Positions 51,631 through 64,000 of a DNA stretch of 64,000 nt are shown here, in pieces; the stretch's first letter is position 1, and each line of letters opens with the position of its first letter. Origin of the DNA: Macrostomum lignano (taxonomy: Eukaryota); assembly GCA_002269645.1 (NCBI GenBank), contig NIVC01003193.1, positions 48,933 through 112,932 of the forward strand, read 5' to 3'. The notes under the pieces were generated by a model. It ran no database searches. It was not told the DNA's origin and saw only the letters and a program-made list of their open reading frames with translations. Position numbers and translations under genes: made by a program.

Positions 51631-51829
51631 GCCCCTGTAATTCTCATTTCTATTAATATATAGGCCTCAACTTCGAACTCACATCTATAAAAGTCAGTTT
51701 ATTAAGCGTCTTAAGAGTAGTTGCCATTCCAGACTATATACATAAATAAAAATCCTTGGCTTTAGGGCGGAAAGGCAAGGGTGGACAAAATAGAAATGTA
51801 AAGCGAGGGTTCGGGTGAAGGTTAGAGTT

Positions 51830-52375
51830 TGGGTGTGTCTGCTTGCTTGCTTCCGCACTCTACGCTTCCGTACACAGTCAGCTGGGTGAAACAGCAGAGA
51901 ACAGAGTTGCTGATTGGCTGGGGCAGACTGAGAGAGGTGGGGGAGAGAGAGAGATTCTCTGGTTGCCTTGGCAAACTGTGCACATTGGCTGTGCAATACT
52001 ATAGACAGTCTGTCCATATACCAGCGTTCTGTTAGTTATATTTACCGTCAAGTCTTGTGGCGTCCAAGTGGCATGACTGCACAGCAGTTTCAGTATATCT
52101 TCTAGTCCTGCCTTTAACTACTATTTCAGCCCCCCGTCCAGGGCCTTTGTTTTGCTTCGCTTGGAGAGTTGCTGCACTATCGTCATATATTAAAATAATT
52201 CTGATAAAAGGAAAGGTTGCATTCGCTCGACTCGATAGTTACATTGAATCGTACTGTTTGATTAGTTTATTGGTGATGGTGAGTTTGCTGTGTTTGGTTA
52301 AAGCTTACGGATTGTATTCTGGGGTTGTCTATCTTAGGTCTTCAAGCCTTAAGATACCGCAAATGCCGAATCTAG
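51830..52375 (+). promoter_or_regulatory. putative promoter / 5'-UTR exon of eEF2K
   Basis: GATTGG (reverse CCAAT) at ~51912; strong donor CTAG|GTAAGG at 52375/52376 followed by a minisatellite intron and acceptor GGCCAG at 53692. No transcript evidence. Confidence 0.35.
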
Positions 52376-52439
52376 GTAAGGGGTAGGATTATATCTATAT
52401 CTTCAGGGTGGAGATCCAGGGTTCATATATCTTTGCGCC

Positions 52440-53460
52440 GCAAAGATCTTCAGGATTGAGATTTTCAGGGTTGAGATCTTCAGGGTTGAGATCTTTGGGT
52501 TTGAGATCTTCAGGGTTGAGATCTTCAGGGTTGAGATCTCTGGGCTTGAGATCTTCAGGGTTGAGATCTTCAGGGTTGAGATCTTTGGGTTTGAGATCTT
52601 CAGGGTTGAGATCTTCAGGGTTGAGATCTTTGGGTTTGAGATCTTCAGGGTTGAGATCTTTGGGTTGAGATCTTCAGGGTTGAGATCTTCAGGGTTGAGA
52701 TCTTTGGGTTTGAGATCTTCAGGGTTGAGATCTTCAGGGTTGAGATCTTTGGGTTGAGATCTTCAGGGTTGAGATCTTCAGGGTTGAGATCTTTGAGTTG
52801 AGATCTTCAGGGTTGAGATCTTCAGGGTTGAGATCTTTGGGTTTGAGATCTTCAGGGTTGAGATCTTTGGGTTTGAGATCTTCAGTTCAGGGTTGAGATC
52901 TTCAGTTCAGGGTTGAGATCTTCAGTTCAGGGTTGAGATCTTCAGTTCAGGGTTGAGGTCTTCGGGTTTGAGTTATCTTCATGGTGGAGATCCAGGGTTC
53001 ATATATCTTCAGGGTTGAGATCTTCAGGATTGAGATCCTCGGGTTTGAGATATATTCCGGGTTGAGATCCTCGGGTTTGAGATATATTCCGGGTTGAGAT
53101 CCTCGGGTTTGAGATATATTCCGGGTTGAGATTTTCGGGTTTGAGATCTTTGGGTTTGAGATCTTCGGGTTTGAGATATATTCGGGGTGGAGATCCAGGG
53201 TCGAGGATATCCTCAGGGTGGAGATCCAGGGTCGAGGATATCTTCAGGGTGGAGATCCATGGTCAAGGATATCTTCAGGGTGGAGATCCAGGGTCGAGGA
53301 TATCTTCAGGGTGGAGATCCAGGGTCGAGGATATCCTCAGGGTGGAGATCCAGGGTCGAGGATATCTTCAAGGTGGAGATCCATGGTCAAGGATATCTTC
53401 AGGGTGGAGATCCAGGGTCGAGGATATCTTTAAGGTGGAGATTCAGAATGGGGATATTTT
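52440..53460. repeat. intronic minisatellites (15-bp TTGAGATCTTCAGGG, grading into ~30-bp GGTGGAGATCCAGGGTCGAGGATATCTTCAG)
   Basis: Tandem periodicity. Confidence 0.9.
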
Positions 53461-53749
53461 CAGAATCAGTTGGAAGATCCAAGGTTGGGAAGTTGGGAGT
53501 GTCTTGTAATATGCGTTTTATCTAATATCGCTGAGTAATATCAAATGCTTAACTTCAAGTTAAATGTCGAGCTCCTATTTTTGTTCTTTTACTTTCATAC
53601 CAGGTTCAGCTTCTGTAAAAATAGCTCTCAACAGCTCGGCGCGACCTACCCCGGAGCTGTGTTATAAATTTTCCTATGCTTCATCTGGCCAGCATCCGAC
53701 ACCGCCTAAGCAGCAGAGCCACCTGTCACACCAAGCCAGCACGCCCAGC

Positions 53750-56700
53750 ATGCCTTACTTGGCCGCCGGCACCGAGAACGGCGCTGCCGTAGACGATGAC
53801 GACGATCTGGACTGCTCCATGCCGGAGCTGGCCAGCGACATCAGCATCGCCGACCTCGGCTGCGAGGCCGACAACGACGACGACACTCTGACTAACGATG
53901 AGGCGGCTGCTGCTGCCGCTCAGCGCCGCCGGTCGGGGCCCCGGCGCCTGTCGCTGCAACAGCGCAGGCGATTGAACCTGTACAGCAAGCCGGCCGTGCT
54001 GCCATCGCTCGACCTGATGGTCGCCCAGCAGCAGCAGCAGTCGCGACTGTCGGCTGTCGGACAAGCAGCTGACAGGCAGCGGCCGAAGCACAGCCAGAGA
54101 GACACGCCTACAATTCGAGAGGAAGATTCCGGATGCGGCTCGGCCAAGTCGCCAGATGTGAGTCCGAATGAAAAGGCAATGGGGGATTTGAGCAATGTTA
54201 TCTAGGTAATGGGGATTTGAGCAATGTTATCTAGGCAATGGGGGATTTGAGCAATGTAATTTAGGTAATGGGGATTTGAGCAATGTAATCTAGGTAATGG
54301 GGATTTGAGAAATGTTATCAAGGTAATGGGGATTTGAGCAATGTTATCAAGGTAATGGGGATTTGAGCAATGTTATCAAGGTAATGGGGATTTGAGAAAT
54401 GTTATCAAGGTTATGGGGATTTGAGCAATGTAATCTAGATGATGGGGATTTGAGCAATGTAATCTAGGTAATGGGGATTTCAGCAATGTGATTTAGGTAA
54501 TGGGGATTTGAGCAAAGTAATCTGGGTAATGGGCATTTGAGCAATGTAATCTAGGTAATGGGCATTTCAGCAATGTAATCTAGTAATGGGATTTGAGGGA
54601 TGTAATCTAGGTTATGGGGATTTGAGGGATGTAATCTTGGTAATGGGGATTTGAGCAATGTAATTTAGGTAATGGGATTTGAGCAATGTAATCTAGGCAA
54701 TTGGGGATTTGAGCAATGTGATCTAGGTAATCGTATTAGAGCAATGTAATCTAGGTGATGGGGATTTGAGTAATGGGATCCAAGCGATGGATTTGAGTAA
54801 TGGGATTTGAGTAATGAGATCCAAGCGATGGGATTTGAGTAATGGGATCCAAGCGATGGGATTTGAGTAATGGGATTCAAGCGATGGGATTTGAGTAATG
54901 GGATCCAAGCGATGGGATTTGAGTAATGGGATCCAAGCGATGGGATTTGAGTAATGGGATCCAAGCGATGGGATTTGAGCAATAGGAATCTAATCAGTGA
55001 ATCGATGAGGCAAGTTTTGAAACATTTGTAGGGATGACGCTGAGCTGTCTAATGCTATATGAGTCTGCAGTTGAATTTTATTAAATGCCAATTTACTGGG
55101 CCTGAAGCCTTAAGAAAATCCTATCTTACCTTTGCCCATGACAGTGCAGACTAATTATGCCTGTTTTTTATCAAACCAATTGCTTTCATGGTTCGTAAAA
55201 TTTTTTTGCATAGCACCAAATTGAACTTGATCTGCACGCTTAGTATATGTACTTGTTGCTTGGGGCATCATATTCCAATATTCTTTATTTATAGTTGGGA
55301 TTTTTCCAATCCAACTTGTACGGGGATGAATCTGATTTTGTTGATCAGTTTGTGAGTCTGCTGCTCAAGTTGGTAAATCAGTAACTTAAAAATTAGCTCT
55401 TCAGTGTCAGTTCTTGTGTACACTTGAAATCGCTTGTTCATCCCGAATGTTCTACTTGCCGTAGTATTCCAGTAGTAGTATTCCAGTAGTATTCCAGTGC
55501 ATCCGCATGAGCTACGAGATTAGCAGTGGATTTAAAGACTATCCCACCACTGTCGTCCCCCTCTTTCCATCAACCAGCAGACAGCTGAGGACTTTGGCAG
55601 CAGCGGTTCCGCATCGAAACGCGGCCGGACAGTGTCCGAGCCGCTCGACTCGCCAGACACCACCGGCTCTGCCGACGCTGAACACGGCGCCAAGGCCAGC
55701 GAGCAGGGGCCGGGGCTGGCGGGCAAAAAGCCGGGAATCGCCGCCAGGATCAGAACTGTGTCGGCGTCGCATTCTGTGAGCCTTTGTTTTAATAAATGAA
55801 GCATGCCTACCGTAGAAATTGCGAAACAATTCTAGTTGCTAAGCTACCACATTCGGTCGCTAAGCTACCACATTCGGTCGCTAAGCTACCACATTCGGTC
55901 GCTAAGCTACCAGCTTCGGTTCCTAAGCTACCAGATACGGTTGCTAAAGTACGAGCATTAGATTCGGTTGCTAAGCTACATTAGATTCGGTTGCTAAGCT
56001 ACATTAGATTTGGTTGCTAAGCTACATTAGATTCGGTTGCTAAGCTACATTAGATTTGGTTGCTAAGCTACATTAGATTCGGTTGCTAAGCTACATTAGA
56101 TTTGGTTGCTAAGCTACATTAGATTTGGTTGCTAAGCTACATTAGATTTGGTTGCTAAGCAACACCAGACTCGGTTGCTAAGCTACACCAGGCTCGGTTG
56201 CTAAGGCACCAGACTCGGTTGTTAAGCTGTACCAGATTCGGTTAATAAGCTACACCAGACTTGGTTGCTAAAGCACCAGACTCGGTTGCTAAGGCACCAG
56301 ACTCGGTTGCTAAGGCACCAGACTCGGTTGCTAAGGCACCAGACTCGGTTGTTAAGCTGTACCAGATACGGTTGCTAAGCTACCAGATTCTGTTTCTAAG
56401 GCACCAGACTCGGTTGTTAAGCTGTACCAGATTCGTTTGCTAAGCTACATTAGATTCGGTTGCTAAGCTACATTAGATTCGGTTCCTAAGCTGTCTCCCT
56501 TCACCTGACATCAGGGCACCGGCGGTTCGTCCCGTTGGCCCCGAGCGCTGAACCTGGTGTTCCAGAATTTGAAAAACGACGTTTGGCGCGACATGCCGGT
56601 GGCCAGCATCCCCGAGGAGACGGCCATCCGTCATCGCTACAACGCGCACAAGCGGCAGTGGGTTCACGACACGGTTCGGGTTAAAATCGAACCAACGCCC

Positions 56701-59700
56701 TTCAACAGGGGCGCCATGCGCGAGTGCTTCCGGCTGAAGAAGCTGTCGGGCTTCAGCAAGTTCGAGAGCTGGCACAGCCGGGCCTGCAACTACGTGGCTA
56801 AAAAGTACATCGAGACAGTCGATCCCAGCGTGTACTTTGAGGACGCCAGGCTGCAGATGAACGCGAAGCTGTGGGCACAAGAGTACAATCGGCATAACCC
56901 CCCTAAGAAAGTGGACATCATGCAGATGTACGTCATTGAGTTCAAGGACCGCGAGGGCGCCCCGCTGTACCACCTGGAGCACCACATCGAAGGCGAGTAC
57001 ATCAAGCACAACAGCAACAGCGGCTTCGTTGACGAGAACGCCCGGAGGACGCCGCACGCGCTCAGCCATTTCACATTCGAGCGCAGCGGCCACCAGCTGA
57101 TTGTGGTTGACATCCAGGGGGTGGACGATATCTACACAGATCCGCAGATCCACACGGCCGAGGGCAAAGAGTACGGCGACGGTAATCTGGGCGTCCGCGG
57201 CATGGCGCTGTTCTTCTCGTCCCACGTGTGCAACGATATCTGCCGCCGCCTGCGGCTGTCCCGCTTCGACCTGGCGCCCAGCGAGTGCGTGGAGTCGCCG
57301 TCTCCGGTGAGTGGGGAATCAGGGCGGCCGAGAGGCAAGTGGGAGACAGGTGTTTGATGGGAGACAGGTGTTTGATGGGAGACAGGTGTTTGATGGGAGA
57401 CAGGTGTTTGATGGGAGACAGGTGTTTGATGGGAGACAGGTGTTTGATGGGAGACAGGTGTTTGATGGGAGACAGGTGTTTGATGGGAGACAGGTGTTTG
57501 ATGGGAGACAGGTGTTTGATGGGAGACAGGTGTTTGATGGGAGACAGGTGTTTGATGGGAGACAGGTGTTTGATGGGAGACAGGTGTTTGATGGGAGACA
57601 GGTGTTTGATGGGAGACAGGTGTTTGATGGGAGACAGGTGTTTGATGGGAGACAGGTGTTTGATGGGAGACAGGTGTTTGATGGGAGACAGGTGTTTGAT
57701 GGGAGACAGGTGTTTGATGGGAGACAGGTGTTTGATGGGAGACAGGTGTTTGATGGGAAACAGGTGTTTGATGGGAGACAGGTGTTTGATGGGAGACAGG
57801 TGTTTGATGGGAGACAGGTGTTTGATGGGAGACAGGTGTTTGATGGGAGACAGGTGTTTGATGGGAGACAGGTGTTTGATGAGAGATGCGCGCTTTAGAT
57901 ACTGGAGGAGAGGGTAGAGAAATAGGAGAGGCAAGAGAGATAGGAGAAGGGAGAGAGATAGAAGAGGGGAGAGAGAGATAGGAGAGGGGAGAGAGATATG
58001 AGAAGGGGGAGAGAGGGGAGAGGGGAGAGAGAGATAGGAGGGGGAGAGAGAGATATGAGAAAGGGGAGAGATATGAGAGGGGAGAGAGAGATTGGAGAAG
58101 GGAGAGAGAGATAGGAGAGGAGAGAGAGATAGGAGAGGGGAGAGAGATAGGAGAGGGGAGAGAGAGATAGGAGAGGAGAGAGAGATAGGAGAGGGGAGAG
58201 ATGTCATCTAAGTGCTGATTGGCCTGGCATTGCAGATGCAGACGAACAACGCCACCTGCGTCAGAGGCGATGTCTTCGCCGTTGGCAGCCCGATGTCTCC
58301 TCCAAGCATTCTCGACTCCGGCTGCAGCACCGAGGACGACGACGGCTGCGATTCGTCACCGGGCGGGTACGGCAGCAGCGGCGGCGCCGGACCGTTTGGC
58401 AGCCGCTTCAGGAGACGGCGAACCACCTCGGGCGATGAGATGACTCCCGTGAGTTCTCCTACTCACTCTCCTGCTTGCTGCAGCCTCTCAGCTTTCTCTT
58501 ACCATCTCTGTTCCCCCTCTGATCTGCTTGAGATTCCTCTCTGATCTCCCTGAGATCCCCTCTGACCTCCCTGAGATCCCTCTCTGATCTCCCTGAGATC
58601 CCCTCTGACCTCCCTGAGATCCCTCTCTGATCTCCCTGAGATTCCTCTCAGATCTCCCTGAGATCCCTCTCTGATCTCCCTGAGATTCCTCCCTGATCTC
58701 CCTGAGATCCCTCTCTAATCTCCCTGAGATGCCTCTGATCTGTACCAATGCCATTCTTCAGTCTCTCTAAATTACAAACATTTTCTTAGCTACCGTTTAC
58801 CTTGTGATTAAATGCACTTGAATTTCCCAGGTGACAGAAAATGAAGAATTGAAGCCGGTTAGAAAATTTCAGAAGATATGTATTTTGCCGATGCAGCACT
58901 TTAACAGCGATTTTTGTAAATATTCACTAAACTAACATTCTCAAATGCTGCAGTGGAGCTCAGAATGCATTGAAAATAATATCTAACAATCTCACTTTAA
59001 AATACATCATTTCAGCTGTAACCCTTTAGCTAACTGAGTGAATGAGTTCGAATAACATAAATGGTATAGATAATAATCAATTATTCCATAGCTGGCTAAT
59101 AAATACTAGTGCTCACTATTGTTAAAACATTATCGATGGTTTTTCGTAACATTAACCAGGTAGACGGGCTTTGAAAAATACCATAGAAATCAGATGGGAC
59201 AATCCCAAAGAAACCGAACTTTTCCGGAATCCCATAGCAACCGGATATGGACACAATCCCATAGCAACTAGATATGGACACAATCTCATAGCAACCGGAT
59301 CTGGACACAATCCCATAGCAACCGGATCTGGACACAATCCCATAGCAACTACAACTAGATATGGACACAATCCCATAGCAACCGGATATGGACACAATCC
59401 CATAGCGACCGGATATGGACACAATCCCATAGCAACCGGATCTGGACACAATCCCATAGCAACTACAACTAGATATGGACACAATCCCATAGCAACCGGA
59501 TATGGACACAATCCCATAGCGACCGGATATGGACACAATCCCATAGCAACCGGATATGGACACAATCCCATAGCAACCGGATCTGGACACAATCCCATAG
59601 CAACCGGATATGGACACAATCCCATAGCAACCGGATCTGGACACAATCCCATAGCAACCGGATATGGACACAATCCCATAGCAACCGGATCTGGACACAA

Positions 59701-61626
59701 TCCCATAGCAACCGGATATGGACACAATCCCATAGCAACCGGATATGGACACAATCTCATAGCAACCGGATCTGGACACAATCCCATAGCGACCGGATAT
59801 GGACACAATCCCATAGCAACCGGATATGGACACAATCCCATAGCAACCGGATCTGGACACAATCCCATAGCAACCGGATATGGACACAATCCCATAGCAA
59901 CCGGATCTGGACACAATCCCATAGCAACCGGATATGGACACAATCCCATAGCAACCGGATCTGGACACAATCCCATAGCAACCGGATATGGACACAATCC
60001 CATAGCAACCGGATATGGACACAATCCCTTAGCAACCGGATATGGACACAATCCCATGGCAACCGGATATAAACAGGTCTCTTAGCAACCTAATGCTATA
60101 AAATCCCCGATTCCAGGAGGAGGAACTCGCCGCCCTATCGGCAGCCCTGAAGCGCCGCGAGCGGCCCTCCTGTGTGCCCGGCAATCTGCTGCGCTGCGGC
60201 TGCGACAGCGGCGTCACCGCCGACGCCGGCACGTCCGGCCTTGGAGCCGTGTTCATCCAGTCCCGCTCGGAGGATGACAGCGTCAGCGACACGGGCAGCT
60301 GCGGCCACCAGCACCAGCCGCTGCCGGGCATGCCGGAGGTCCGCTGCAACGGTCCGATCCTCGGCCGCATTCACCACGAGATGACTCGGCTGCACGACGC
60401 CGGTCGGATGGTTGCCTTGGAAACCGACAATCGCGACAAAAACGACATCGTCGACGACGACGATAAAGTGATCGGGCAGAGCTGCCCGCCCGGCCAGCTG
60501 GAGGCGATGATCGACTGGCCTGCGGCGCTGTTCCACGAGCGCCTGGCCGCCCAGCTTGGCGTGGTCGAGGCCGCGGTGAACCTGGCCCGTCTGCACCTCG
60601 GCCTGCCCGCCGACTGTCTGCAGGCTGCGCCAGCCGCGGCGCTGCGGCCCAGCGCAGCCGAGGGTCACAGGTGGATGGAGGCCGCTGCCAAGCTGGGCGA
60701 CAGGTCCGCTATGCTGTACCTGGCTCGGGCGCATGACACCGGCGACACCGAGGGCCTCGTGCGGGACTGGGACAGGTAGGCGGCTGAGGCGTGTCGGGGG
60801 GATTCTGGAGGCTGGCATGTGATGGGGAATTCAGGGGCTGGCATGTGATGGGGAATTCAGGGGCTGGCATGTGATGGGGAATTCAGGGGCTGGCATGTGA
60901 TGGGGAATTCAGGGGCTGGCATGTGATGGGGAATTCAGGGGCTGGCATGTGATGGGGAATTCAGGGGCTGGCATGTGATGGGGACTTCAGGAGGCTGGTA
61001 TGTCATGGGGAATTCAGGAGGCTGGTATGTCATGGGGAATTCAGGAGGCTGGTATGTCATGGGGAATTCAGGAGGCTGGTATGTCATGGGGAATTCAGGA
61101 GGCTGGTATGTCATGGGGAATTCAGGAGGCTGGTATGTCATGGGGATTTCAGGAGGCTGGTATGTCATGGGGATTTCAGGAGGCTGGCATGTGATGGGGA
61201 ATTCAGGATGCTGGCATGTGATGGGGAATTCAGGATGCTGGCATGTGATGGGGAATTCAGGATGCTGGCATGTGATGGGGAATTCAGGATGCTGGCATGT
61301 GATCGGGAATTCAAGAGAATTCAACCACCCCCTCCCAGGGCCACCCACTATTACCATCGGGCCCTGGCCAGCAGCGGTCAGACGGACCGCGAAGGCGGCT
61401 ACGACAGCCTGGACACGCCGGCTTACCTTCTGCGGGCCCGCCTGGCCGAGCTCTACCTGCGCGGCGGCTACGGGCTGGACGCCGACCCGGCCTCTAGCAG
61501 CGAGATCTATGGCGAGGCCGCCGAGGAGGCCATGGCGAAGGCAACGGCAAGCTGGCCGCCAAGTACTACGCCCTGGCCGAGGAGGCGGCGGCTCTAGTGC
61601 CCGACGATGAGGAAGCGGTTGAGTAG
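53750..61626 (+). CDS. EEF2K: eukaryotic elongation factor 2 kinase (alpha-kinase plus SEL1-like repeats), ~850 aa; exons 53750..54157, 55578..55775, 56515..57306, 58236..58448, 60117..60775, 61339..61626; apparent 1-nt deletion at 61540
   Basis: PFNRGAMRECFRLKK, YVAKKY, EHHIEGEYIKHNSNSGFV, SHFTFERSGHQLIVVDIQGV, YTDPQIH, GDGNLGVRGMALFFSSHVCNDIC; CaM-site Trp (RWPRAL); ATCVRG and RRRTTSG align with human T348 and S366; ILGRIHHEM, LGDRSAMLYLARAHD, KYYALAEEA in the C-terminal domain. All splice phases match. Start codon is inferred. Confidence 0.95.
54178..54980. repeat. intronic minisatellite, 29-bp GGGGATTTGAGCAATGTAATCTAGGTAAT
   Basis: Tandem periodicity beginning ~20 bp after the donor. Confidence 0.95.
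55835..56490. repeat. intronic minisatellite, 23-bp GTTGCTAAGCTACATTAGATTCG
   Basis: Tandem periodicity ending ~25 bp before the acceptor. Confidence 0.95.
57339..58200. repeat. intronic 18-bp TGGGAGACAGGTGTTTGA array (~30 copies, to ~57885) followed by a GA-rich tract
   Basis: Near-perfect tandem periodicity. Confidence 0.95.
58510..58735. repeat. intronic ~20-bp CTCTGATCTCCCTGAGATCC array
   Basis: Tandem periodicity. Confidence 0.9.
59225..60075. repeat. intronic minisatellite, 27-bp CCCATAGCAACCGGATATGGACACAAT
   Basis: Tandem periodicity ending ~40 bp before the acceptor. Confidence 0.95.
60812..61315. repeat. intronic minisatellite, 26-bp GGCTGGCATGTGATGGGGAATTCAGG
   Basis: Tandem periodicity filling almost the whole last intron. 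Confidence 0.95.
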
Positions 61627-61759
61627 TGAATGACCTCGGTTGTACTCAGAATTTGGGATTTTACTGATAAATATCATTTATTTATCATTTTACTACCCTT
61701 TCTATATTTTTTAAAAATTAGCGTAGTCTACTGTTAGTAGTGTAAATGTGCTATTTAGT

Positions 61760-62010
61760 TTCTCTACGCTACATATCGGCTAGCCCTAATTATAGATTGT
61801 TTAGACAATATGGATGGGCTAATTAAGATTTCTACGCTACATATCGGCTAACCCTAGTTATGGATTGTTTAGACAATATGGATGAGCTAATTAAGTTTTC
61901 TACGCTACATATCGGCTAACTCAAATTAAGGATTGTTTAGACAATATAGATGAGCTAATTAAGTTTTCTACGCTACATATCGGCTAACCCTAAGTAAGGA
62001 TTGTTTAGGC
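61760..62010. repeat. ~68-bp tandem repeat (about 4 copies) downstream of the eEF2K stop
   Basis: TCTACGCTACATATCGGCTA recurs at ~68-bp spacing. Confidence 0.85.
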
Positions 62011-62889
62011 AATATGTAGAAGGGTCCAGAATAGCTTGCAAAGGTTAAACTATTGTTAAAATATTACCTGCACTCGCTCACCTGTCGTTTTTGTTATCTC
62101 ATTAATTAACTGCAGATCTGGCTTATTTAATAACTACCTGTACAAATAATTTCTTGCTTTTCCCCCATTTATTGACTCTATTACAATAAACAGATAGCTG
62201 TTAATTATTTTTTTAGAGAAATAATATGCCAAACCTTTCATTGCCTGTTTTGTCAAACCCTGTCATTCCTTTGCTATCCCACTGCTATCTGCGCAATCGT
62301 TTAAAACTGAGCTCATTAGGAATATTGGAGTCATCGCGGCATTAAATCTTTCTCTAATTTGCGTGCGTCATCCATTTCTTAATCTATCGTATTTTGTAAT
62401 TCTGTAATTCTTACAGAAATCATTGTTGTCCGATCAGTTTCTCCTACTGTTAGTAGCGCTCTTTGGTTTTTACCCGCCTTTTTGTACATAGAAGAAGCGA
62501 CTTTCATCCACATTTGCATTAATCATTGATCGGAGTGAACCGAATCGTTAAAAACGGAGTCGTGTCTTAATATTTTTCCTAGGCTTAGAATTTTTACTTC
62601 ACTACTCGGATTGCACTACTTATTTGGTATTTTACTGAGTAGAAAAGCTCGAGCTTTTGTTGCGGAATCTGTATAAAATATTTCTGTTATTTCTGTCAGT
62701 TAACGCAGTAATCTGTGTGTTGCTTGGATGCCGCTTTCATTGACCTTCTATTGAAAAGAAAATTAACAAAAATATTTCTCACCTCATTAAAGCGAATTCC
62801 TCTCGCGTGGACATTGATGCTTTTCTATATTTTCTGGTACAAAGCAATCTGCCTCTGCATCCGTTATTGATTGTCTTTTTTGCTTTTAC

Positions 62890-63555
62890 TCCGATCCTCA
62901 GTTGCTGGGCCAGCCTCCCAGATCCTCAGTTGCTGGGCCAGCCTCCCAGATCCTCAGTTGCTGGGCCACCAGCCTCCCAGATCCTCAGTTGTTGGGCCAG
63001 CCTCCCTGATCCTCAGTTGCTGGGCCAGCCTCCCTGATCCTCAGTTGCTGGGCCACCAGCCTCCCAGATCCTCAGTTGCTGGGCCAGCCTCCCTGATCCT
63101 CAGTTGCTGGCCACCAGCCTCCCAGATCCTCAGTTGCTGGGCCAGCCTCCCAGATCCTCAGTTGCTGGGCCAGCCTCCCTGATCCTCAGTTGCTGGGCCA
63201 GCCTCCCTGATCCTCAGTTGCTGGGCCACCAGCCTCCCAGATCCTCAGTTGCTGGGCCAGCCTCCCTGATCCTCAGTTGCTGGGCCACCAGCCTCCCAGA
63301 TCCTCAGTTCTGGGCCAGCCTCCCTGATCCTCAGTTGCTGGGCCAGCCTCCCAGAGTGTCAGTTGCTGGGCCAGCCTCCCAGATCCTCAGTTGCTGGGCC
63401 AGCCTCCCAGAGTGTCAGTTGCTGGGCCAGCCTCCCTGATCCTCAGTTGCTGGGCCAGCCTCCCAGATCCTCAGTTGTTGGGCCAGCCTCCCTGATCCTC
63501 AGTTGCTGGGCCAGCCTCCCAGATCCTCAGTTGCTGGGCCAGCCTCCCAGTTGCT
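62890..63555. repeat. minisatellite, 28-bp GATCCTCAGTTGCTGGGCCAGCCTCCCA
   Basis: Tandem periodicity. Confidence 0.95.
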
Positions 63556-64000
63556 GGGTCACTGACACCTTCCCTGCTGGATAAATTTGCATTAGGTTTC
63601 CGTAGTCACTCGGTGCTACTCGTTGAAGGAGGCAACGGCGTCTGAATTACGACGGAATGCTTGAGAGACCAGCTGAGGATGTCCAGCAGTTGAGGCTTTC
63701 CCACTGTCTAGACTTGATCAGCGAAACTAGAGAAATTTGCAACAGCGTGTCCACAGTCATCTGGTGCCACCTGTTGAAGGTCTGGACGCTACGCCTGGGT
63801 GAAGGCCAGTAAGCAACGAAGTCAGAGCTGATGCAGACACATGTGGTCGACGTGCTGATGAAATTTGGAGGCAGGGTCAACCAGTTCCTTCCGTGCAAGT
63901 GCTTGCTTAGCCGCCGCTTGCACCCGCAGTGATTACTTGTTGCCGTGGGCCCTAGCCAGGCCACTCAGTCAGTCAGTCTCTAGCTTCATCGTCCCCGCCC

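Noticed and set aside
52363-53710. Upstream coding exon for eEF2K (ATG CCG AAT CTA G|)
   Set aside because: Phase 1 donor joined to the 53693 acceptor gives MPNLASDTA*, out of frame with the kinase; at most a short uORF.
59096-60085. ~300-aa repeat ORFs (also 57228-57917, 1242-1702)
   Set aside because: Intronic minisatellites bounded by valid splice sites of real genes.
61531-61545. Programmed ribosomal frameshift in eEF2K (and at 5041)
   Set aside because: No X XXY YYZ slippery heptamer or evident stimulatory structure; single-G loss in a G-run is typical of long-read error.
141-63555. CRISPR-like arrays
   Set aside because: All arrays are contiguous tandem repeats without unique spacers; eukaryotic context; no cas genes.
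63600-64000. Exon of a further gene (ORF 63647-63964)
   Set aside because: GC-rich and next to a minisatellite, but every frame on both strands is interrupted or unrecognisable; sequence beyond the window is needed.

Overview
Eukaryotic (metazoan) genomic DNA with spliceosomal introns. The style (GC-rich exons, minisatellite-filled introns, TTAGGG repeats) suggests a Macrostomum-like flatworm, but this is inference only. Five host loci can be reconstructed by splice-site and phase matching: (1) the 3' end of a single-pass membrane protein gene (+); (2) a GT31 beta-1,3-glycosyltransferase-like gene (+) whose last exon is split by a young RTE-type LINE with a 23-bp target-site duplication; (3) a three-exon JHAMT-like SAM methyltransferase (-); (4) a complete protein disulfide isomerase with two CGHC sites and KEEL (-); (5) eEF2 kinase (+, six coding exons, one apparent 1-nt frameshift). 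The remainder is minisatellites, SINEs, hAT/CMC-type non-autonomous DNA elements, Helitron/Helentron-like units and an LTR-like element. The most striking signal is a sharply bounded domain (~10.5-16.2 kb, plus smaller patches) in which copies of repeats seen intact elsewhere in this window carry almost exclusively C>T/G>A changes at CpG and also CpA/TpG, converging on TpA. This resembles fungal RIP but is in an animal genome. The domain boundary falls inside the methyltransferase gene. A second signal is that nearly every GC-rich exon is abutted by its own unrelated minisatellite. All counts are hand counts; no database searches were run.
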